The position numbers were made by a program, and so were the translations under genes. Below, in pieces: positions 5,109 through 10,104 of a stretch of 10,104 nt of DNA (position 1 is the stretch's first letter; each line of letters opens with the position of its first letter). Below the pieces are notes generated by a model. It searched no databases. It was not told where the DNA came from and saw only the letters and a program-made list of their open reading frames with translations. The DNA lies in IMG/VR virus record IMGVR_UViG_2728369184_000010, positions 1 through 10,104 of that record; one strand, written 5' to 3'. Source of the stretch: a virus (taxonomy: Duplodnaviria > Heunggongvirae > Uroviricota > Caudoviricetes).

Positions 5109-8100
5109 TCAGCTAATCGTGATGCCTGCAGTGGCTTTCTTCATCACCACAACCAGCAAATCGCTGATACTTGCTGTGGGATACCAACCATTTACCCACC
5201 ATGCTGATACAGAAAACTCCAGTGTCATTACGCCACTGCCTGCAGGCATATCAATAACACCCGTGTATATCAGCGTATTATCCAGAGCCGTTCGGTTATA
5301 AATTTCAGCCCCGTTTTTCTTCACTATCAGGCGGCATGACGAATAAGTATCGCTATTCTCCCGCTCATGTCTGGCACCGCTGAAAGCCACCGCAGGAATA
5401 ACAATTTGCCGGTCAAACGGCTGATCGTCATAAACCCTGACGGTAATGGTCCCTGATGGCCACCGCTCCGGTGCACGGGAGTCCCGGGGGAAAGCTTTGC
5501 CCACTGTTTTAACGAGATCGCCTTCAATCTGGTTCGCGGACAGTTTTCCCAGAACCCGACAGTTCTCGTTAATCGTGACGTTGTTGAGCGTCCCTGAATT
5601 TGCATTCACATTACCGCTGATATCCGCATTTTTAGCGGTCAGCTTTCCGTCCGGTGTCAGGGAAAATGCCGGCGGATTTCCACCGCTGGTAATGGTGGGA
5701 GCCGTCAGGCGTTTCAGGAACACGTCGTTCATGAATATCTGGTTGCCCTGCGCCACAAACATCGGCGTTTCATTCCCGTTTGCCGGGTCAATAAACGCGA
5801 TACGATTGGCGGCAACCAGAAACTGGCTCAGCTTGCCTTCCTCCGTGTCCTCCATGCTGAGGCCAATACCCGCGACATAATGTTTGCCGTCTTTGGTCTG
5901 CTCAATTTTGACGCCCCACATAGCATTCCATTTATCGTTAGCGTCCTTCCACTCTTTCGAAAACTCATCCAGTCTGCTGGCGTTATCCTCCGTCAGGTCG
6001 ACTTTTTTCAGCAGCTCTTTACCGAGATGGGATTCGGTTATCTTGCCTTTGAAAAAATCCAGGTAACCTTCCGCATCATCGCTCGCCCGACCGACGGCCT
6101 CCACGAATGCCGATTTGCCAACGGTGTTCACACTGCGGATATAAAAGTAATAATCATGGCCCGGTTTGATATTGATACTGGCGGCTATCCAGTACAGCCC
6201 CGTGCCAAGGTAGCGGGCTGTGGTTTCAACCTGCCTGATATCGGTAATCCGCGTTTCCGAGAACCAGAACTCAAACTGTACCGTCGGATCATAAACCGCA
6301 AGATGCGGCGTGGCAGTTATCTGAAAATAGCCCGGCGTCAGCTCAATCCGCGACGGCGCTGCCGGGGCGGCAATCCGGAACGATACCGATGCCGGATCGC
6401 CCTGCTGCCCCCAGGCATTTGCCGCCCGGACTGTCAGCCTGTAGTTTCCCAGCGCCAGTTGCGTGAAGCGGTATGTGGTTTCCGTCGTCCGGGCCGTGCT
6501 GACCAGCCGCTCACTGCCGTCATCCGCTGCCACGGTCAGGCGAAGCATAAAGCTCACACCCTTCACCACCTTCGGCGTATCCCAGCGCGCCAGCACCTGG
6601 TATTCCCCGCTGTCTGCGGTGACTTCGGCAGTCAGATGCTGCACTGCTGGCGGTGTGACCCCGTTCACCGTGCCGCTCTGGTCGCCGTCAAAGTGCGCCC
6701 CGTTATCCACGATGGCCTCTTTTTCCGGTACATGCTGCACGGCGGTGATGGCATACGTGCCGTTGTCGTTCTCACGGATACTCACGCAGCGGAACAGGCG
6801 CTGGCGCAGCGTCGGCAGCTTCAGCCCCCACACGCTGTATTCAGCAACGCCGTCAGGAACACGGCTCACTTTTACCTTCACGCCGTCGGTGACGGACTGG
6901 ATCTCCACGCTGACCGGATTGCCACTTCCGTCAACCAGGCTTATCAGCGTGGTACCGGAGGATGGCAGCGTGATTTCACGGTCGAGCGTCAGCGTCCGGG
7001 TCTGGCTGTTCACCGCCAGCACACGACCACCGGTGCTGATACCGGCATAGTCATCATCACAGATTTCAATGACATCGCCCGGCACATGGCGAAGCCCTTC
7101 GGCACCCACGCTGAAGTCCACGGTCTGCGTTTCCAGCAGTTCCGTTTTAATCAGCCACAGCCCGGCTCTGTGTGCCTGCCCCCGACTGGTACAGCCAAAA
7201 GCATCCATCTTCGTGACGTTACGACCGTAACGGGCAATGGCCTGCGTGTCCTCCACAAGCTCTGTCGCCGTCTCCCAGCCATTATTCGGGTCAATCCAGT
7301 TCACCTCAACGGCATTATGGCGGTCCTTCAGGGCGCTGAAGCTGTAGCGGAACGGCGCGCCATCATCCGGCATCACCACATTACTGCGGTTATAGGTCCA
7401 CACCTTATCCGACCGTCGGTCCTGCACGAACGTCAGCGTCTGCCCGTTCCATACCGGCATACAGCGCATCGCCGAGCAGAAATCACTGAGCACATCCCAC
7501 GCCTTGCGCTGCGTGGTCATGTACGCATTACAGGTGATGCGCGGCTCCGTGCCACCAAAGCCATCCGGCACCGACTGGTCGCAATTCTGGCCGATGACAT
7601 ACAGCGCCCATTTATCCACATCCGCCGCACCAAGACGTTTCCCCATGCCGTAGCGCGGATGGGTCAGCATATCCCACAGACACCAGGCCATGTTGTTGCT
7701 GTATGCTGGCTTAAACGTTCCGTCCCAGATACCGCTGTATTGCCGCGTCTGCGGGTTATAGTTCGACGGCACCTGCAGAATACGCCCGCGAAGATGATAA
7801 TTACGGCTCACCTGCTGACTGCCGAACTGTTCCGACTCCACCTGCACGCCGACCAGTGCCGTGTTCGGGTAGCACTGTTTCACATCGATGATTTCGGTGT
7901 ATGACGACCAGAGCGTTTTGTTCTGCAGCTGGTCTGTGGTGCTGTCCGGCGTCATCCTGCGCATCCGGATATTAAACGGGCGCGGCGGCAGGTTATCCAC
8001 CACTACCGATGCCAGATACTGCGAGGTGGTTTTGCCCTTAATGGTGATGTCTTTTTCCGTCACCCAGCCACCGTTACGTTGTATCTGAACCAGCAGGCGG

Positions 8101-8504
8101 ACTTCCGATGGATTCCGGTCCCCTTTTGAGGTGGTTTCCACCAGAGCCTGCACACCGAAGGTAAAACGCAGACGGTCGATGTTTGCAGACGTGATGGTCC
8201 GGATGATCGGCGTGTCGTATTTCACTTCCGTACCCAGCACCTTCTCGGAGCCGGAGGATTCAAATCCCTCCGGCGGAGTCTGCTCCTGCTCACCAGCCAG
8301 GAACACCACCGTGACACCGGCGATGTTGGTATTCCCCTCACTGTCCAGCACCGGCGTACTGTTCAGCAGCACGCTTTTTAATCCATCCACCGGACCTTCA
8401 ACCGGCCCTTCACTGATGGCATCAATCACACTCAGCAACTGCGTGGATTTCAGGTTGTCCTTCGCTTCGCGCGGGGTATGCCCCTTACTGCTGCCTTTAC
8501 CCAT
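5109..8504 (-). CDS. J: Tail tip / host-specificity protein J (central tail fibre); lambda-like except for the C-terminal ~140 aa
   Basis: 1131-aa ORF. The N-terminus [34 protein letters not shown]... and most of the length match lambda gpJ as I recall it. The - strand has GGAG upstream of the ATG. Gene order is L-K-I-J-lom. Confidence 0.95.
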   Translation of the reverse strand: MGKGSSKGHTPREAKDNLKSTQLLSVIDAISEGPVEGPVDGLKSVLLNSTPVLDSEGNTNIAGVTVVFLAGEQEQTPPEGFESSGSEKVLGTEVKYDTPIIRTITSANIDRLRFTFGVQALVETTSKGDRNPSEVRLLVQIQRNGGWVTEKDITIKGKTTSQYLASVVVDNLPPRPFNIRMRRMTPDSTTDQLQNKTLWSSYTEIIDVKQCYPNTALVGVQVESEQFGSQQVSRNYHLRGRILQVPSNYNPQTRQYSGIWDGTFKPAYSNNMAWCLWDMLTHPRYGMGKRLGAADVDKWALYVIGQNCDQSVPDGFGGTEPRITCNAYMTTQRKAWDVLSDFCSAMRCMPVWNGQTLTFVQDRRSDKVWTYNRSNVVMPDDGAPFRYSFSALKDRHNAVEVNWIDPNNGWETATELVEDTQAIARYGRNVTKMDAFGCTSRGQAHRAGLWLIKTELLETQTVDFSVGAEGLRHVPGDVIEICDDDYAGISTGGRVLAVNSQTRTLTLDREITLPSSGTTLISLVDGSGNPVSVEIQSVTDGVKVKVSRVPDGVAEYSVWGLKLPTLRQRLFRCVSIRENDNGTYAITAVQHVPEKEAIVDNGAHFDGDQSGTVNGVTPPAVQHLTAEVTADSGEYQVLARWDTPKVVKGVSFMLRLTVAADDGSERLVSTARTTETTYRFTQLALGNYRLTVRAANAWGQQGDPASVSFRIAAPAAPSRIELTPGYFQITATPHLAVYDPTVQFEFWFSETRITDIRQVETTARYLGTGLYWIAASINIKPGHDYYFYIRSVNTVGKSAFVEAVGRASDDAEGYLDFFKGKITESHLGKELLKKVDLTEDNASRLDEFSKEWKDANDKWNAMWGVKIEQTKDGKHYVAGIGLSMEDTEEGKLSQFLVAANRIAFIDPANGNETPMFVAQGNQIFMNDVFLKRLTAPTITSGGNPPAFSLTPDGKLTAKNADISGNVNANSGTLNNVTINENCRVLGKLSANQIEGDLVKTVGKAFPRDSRAPERWPSGTITVRVYDDQPFDRQIVIPAVAFSGARHERENSDTYSSCRLIVKKNGAEIYNRTALDNTLIYTGVIDMPAGSGVMTLEFSVSAWWVNGWYPTASISDLLVVVMKKATAGITIS

Positions 8505-8526
8505 TCGTCACGCTCCATAAACGACA

Positions 8527-8546
8527 AAACCGCCCGCAGGCGGTTT
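8527..8546 (-). other. Stem-loop in the I-J intergenic spacer
   Basis: 8-bp stem AAACCGCC / GGCGGTTT with loop CGCA (+ strand reading), followed on the - strand by a short T-rich run just upstream of the J ribosome-binding site. Confidence 0.3.
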
Positions 8547-8564
8547 CACATAAAATGTTTTGCA

Positions 8565-9197
8565 TCAGCGACCAATCACCACAACCTGACCACCATCCCC
8601 TTCGTCTGCCGTGCTGATCTCCTGAGAAACCACGCGAGACCCCACGCGCATTTCCCCGTACAGAACAGGCAGAACATTGCCCTGGGCAACCATGTTATCC
8701 AGTGAGGAGAAATAGGTGTTCTGCTTACCGTTATCCGTTGTCTGTGTACGGGGAGTTCTGGCTTTCGGTGCCAGCATCTGCGCCACANNNNNNNNNNNNN
8801 NNNNNNNNNNNGCTGCCCCCCATGCTGCAAGGGTGGCTCCGGCGGTAAAGAATGATCCGGCAATGGCGGCAGCCCCCAGGACAATCTGGAATACGCCACC
8901 TGACTTGGCCCCGGCGACTCTGGGAACAATATGAATCACAGCGCCATCAGGCAGAGTCTCATGTAACTGCGCCGTTAACCCGGACGTGCTGACGTCCCGC
9001 CCGGCAATCCGTACCTGATACCAGCCGTCGCTCAGTTTCTGACGAAACGCCGGGAGCTGTGTGGCCAGTGCCCGGATGGCTTCAGCCCCCGTTTTCACAC
9101 GAAGGTCGATGCGGCGACCAAATCGTTGTAAATCCCCGTAAAGGCAGATGCGCGCCATGCCCGGTGACGCCAGAGGGAGTGTGTGCGTCGCTGCCAT
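8565..9197 (-). CDS. I: Tail assembly protein I; coding sequence interrupted by a 24-N gap
   Basis: MAATHTLPLASPGMARICLYGDLQRFGRRIDLRVKTGAEAIRALATQ... matches lambda gpI. It overlaps the 3' end of K by 103 nt in another frame, as in lambda, and the 60-nt I-J spacer is lambda-like. The N-run falls in the Gly/Ala-rich region. Confidence 0.9.
   Translation of the reverse strand: MAATHTLPLASPGMARICLYGDLQRFGRRIDLRVKTGAEAIRALATQLPAFRQKLSDGWYQVRIAGRDVSTSGLTAQLHETLPDGAVIHIVPRVAGAKSGGVFQIVLGAAAIAGSFFTAGATLAAWGAXXXXXXXXXVAQMLAPKARTPRTQTTDNGKQNTYFSSLDNMVAQGNVLPVLYGEMRVGSRVVSQEISTADEGDGGQVVVIGR
8788..8811. other. Run of 24 N (assembly gap or masked bases) inside gene I
   Basis: Seen directly. Lambda gpI has about 22 residues where this window shows about 9 X, so the N-run probably under-represents the true length. 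Confidence 0.95.
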
Positions 9198-9838
9198 TTG
9201 TCGGTGTACCTCTCTCGTTTGCTCAGTTGTTCAGGAATATGGTGCAGCAGCTCGCCGTCGCCGCAGTAAATTGCGGCGTGATTCGGCACTGATGAACCAA
9301 AACAGCACAGCAGCACATCGCCCGGCTGTGCCGCTGACAACGGCACCTGATACAGCCCCGTCGCCTCCAGATTATCCAGATAGAGATTCTGGCCGTTACG
9401 CCACCAGTCATCCTCACGATAAAAGTCCGGCATCTCAATCCCCGCCAGATGATAAGCATCCCGGAACAGTGTGTAACAGTCCGTCACACCGTGCTCAAAG
9501 CGCCGCCCGGTGAGATGCGGCACACAGCGGAACTTATGAATCGTCCCCCGGCAGACCAGCCACCACGGCAAATCACTCTGCACCTGCAGCCGCCGGTCGG
9601 CCTCACTCAGCCAGGGCAGACCACCGGGGTGGCTGTGGACCAGCGCCACAATCTCACCCTGCATTTCTGCCTGCAGCCAGTCTTCCGGCGACATACGGAA
9701 ATACGCCTCCGGCTCACCGGAGATATTCACGCAGGGGAAATATCTTTCCCCCTCCGGCGTGCTTACCACGAAGCCGCACGACTCCGCTGGCGCACATCGC
9801 CGGGCGTGCGCCAGAATCGCTGATTCTGTCTGTGTCAT
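9095..9838 (-). CDS. K: Tail tip assembly protein K with an N-terminal MPN/JAMM motif and a C-terminal NlpC/P60-like Cys/His region
   Basis: 247-aa ORF starting 6 nt after the L stop. JAMM motif HSHPGGLPWLSEAD (H-x-H-x7-S-x2-D). NlpC/P60-like Cys (VTDCYTLF) and His residues (NHAAIYCG...LLHH). The classical lambda annotation may begin at the internal Met49 (MSPEDWLQ, about 199 aa), but the upstream segment is needed for a complete MPN domain. Confidence 0.9.
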   Translation of the reverse strand: MTQTESAILAHARRCAPAESCGFVVSTPEGERYFPCVNISGEPEAYFRMSPEDWLQAEMQGEIVALVHSHPGGLPWLSEADRRLQVQSDLPWWLVCRGTIHKFRCVPHLTGRRFEHGVTDCYTLFRDAYHLAGIEMPDFYREDDWWRNGQNLYLDNLEATGLYQVPLSAAQPGDVLLCCFGSSVPNHAAIYCGDGELLHHIPEQLSKRERYTDKWQRRTHSLWRHRAWRASAFTGIYNDLVAASTFV

Positions 9839-9843
9839 GGGAT

Positions 9844-10104
9844 TTACTGCGAAAGTTTGTTAATGGAAAGGAAGCCGCCAAAGTTGCCGACGTTATTGCG
9901 GAACTTACAACCGCTCAGGCATTTGCTGCATTTATCCTTCGTGATATCGGACGTTGGCTGGTCATATTCATCCGCGACAGCAGGACCGCTATAACCGCAC
10001 TCGTCACCGCGATAGGTCCAGGTGCAGGTGTTGGCCAGCATGATTCGTCCCGGAAAAACAGCGCCGTCCGTTTCCGTCGGCGTGGACAGTACAAAAGAGG
10101 CACT
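9844..10104 (-). CDS. L: Tail tip protein L, C-terminal part; the 5' end lies beyond the window
   Basis: Frame is open to the window edge and ends ...CSKCLSGCKFRNNVGNFGGFLSINKLSQ followed by TAA at 9844-9846. It sits immediately upstream of K as in lambda. The Cys-rich C-terminus is typical of gpL. Confidence 0.85.
   Translation of the reverse strand, partial: SASFVLSTPTETDGAVFPGRIMLANTCTWTYRGDECGYSGPAVADEYDQPTSDITKDKCSKCLSGCKFRNNVGNFGGFLSINKLSQ

Noticed and set aside
5880-7904. 674-aa + strand ORF, plus other + strand ORFs at 5119-5301, 5446-5880, 5884-6066, 6463-7050, 7888-8088 and 8131-8520
   Set aside because: They lie antisense to J, whose identity is secure. The translations are Arg/His/Pro-rich low-complexity sequences typical of shadow frames in GC-rich coding DNA.
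8478-10103. Assorted + and - strand ORFs overlapping I, K and L (8478-8705, 8576-8929, 8716-8934, 9059-9292, 9148-9513, 9223-9459, 9449-9823, 9915-10103)
   Set aside because: Overlapping or antisense frames of the conserved K, I and L genes; some also run through the N-gap.

Overview
This window covers the junction between an E. coli-type chromosome and the tail-tip/tail-fibre end of a lambda-like prophage. The left ~455 bp are host DNA: the 3' end of a yciE-like gene on the + strand and a promoterless 3' remnant of ompW on the - strand, converging on a shared terminator hairpin, so the prophage appears to be integrated in the 3' end of ompW. From ~2.5 kb rightward all genes run on the - strand in lambda late-operon order: L (5' end outside the window), K, I (interrupted by a 24-N gap), J, lom, and an stf-like side-tail-fibre gene. 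Two things stand out. First, the stf-like gene keeps the lambda Stf N-terminal anchor (~90 aa) but carries an unrelated ~520-aa C-terminal domain that reads like a globular, possibly enzymatic module rather than a fibre. Second, between stf and the AT-rich attachment-site arm lies a ~1.9 kb mosaic accessory segment: a short tfa-like gene, a duplicated 3' tfa remnant, two small ORFs, and an oppositely oriented, visibly AT-richer class I SAM-dependent methyltransferase gene, all bracketed by a 37-bp direct repeat. J also diverges from lambda J over its last ~140 residues. All protein identifications rest on my recollection of lambda and E. coli K-12 sequences; no database search was run, and functions for the methyltransferase and the Stf C-terminal domain are hypotheses.
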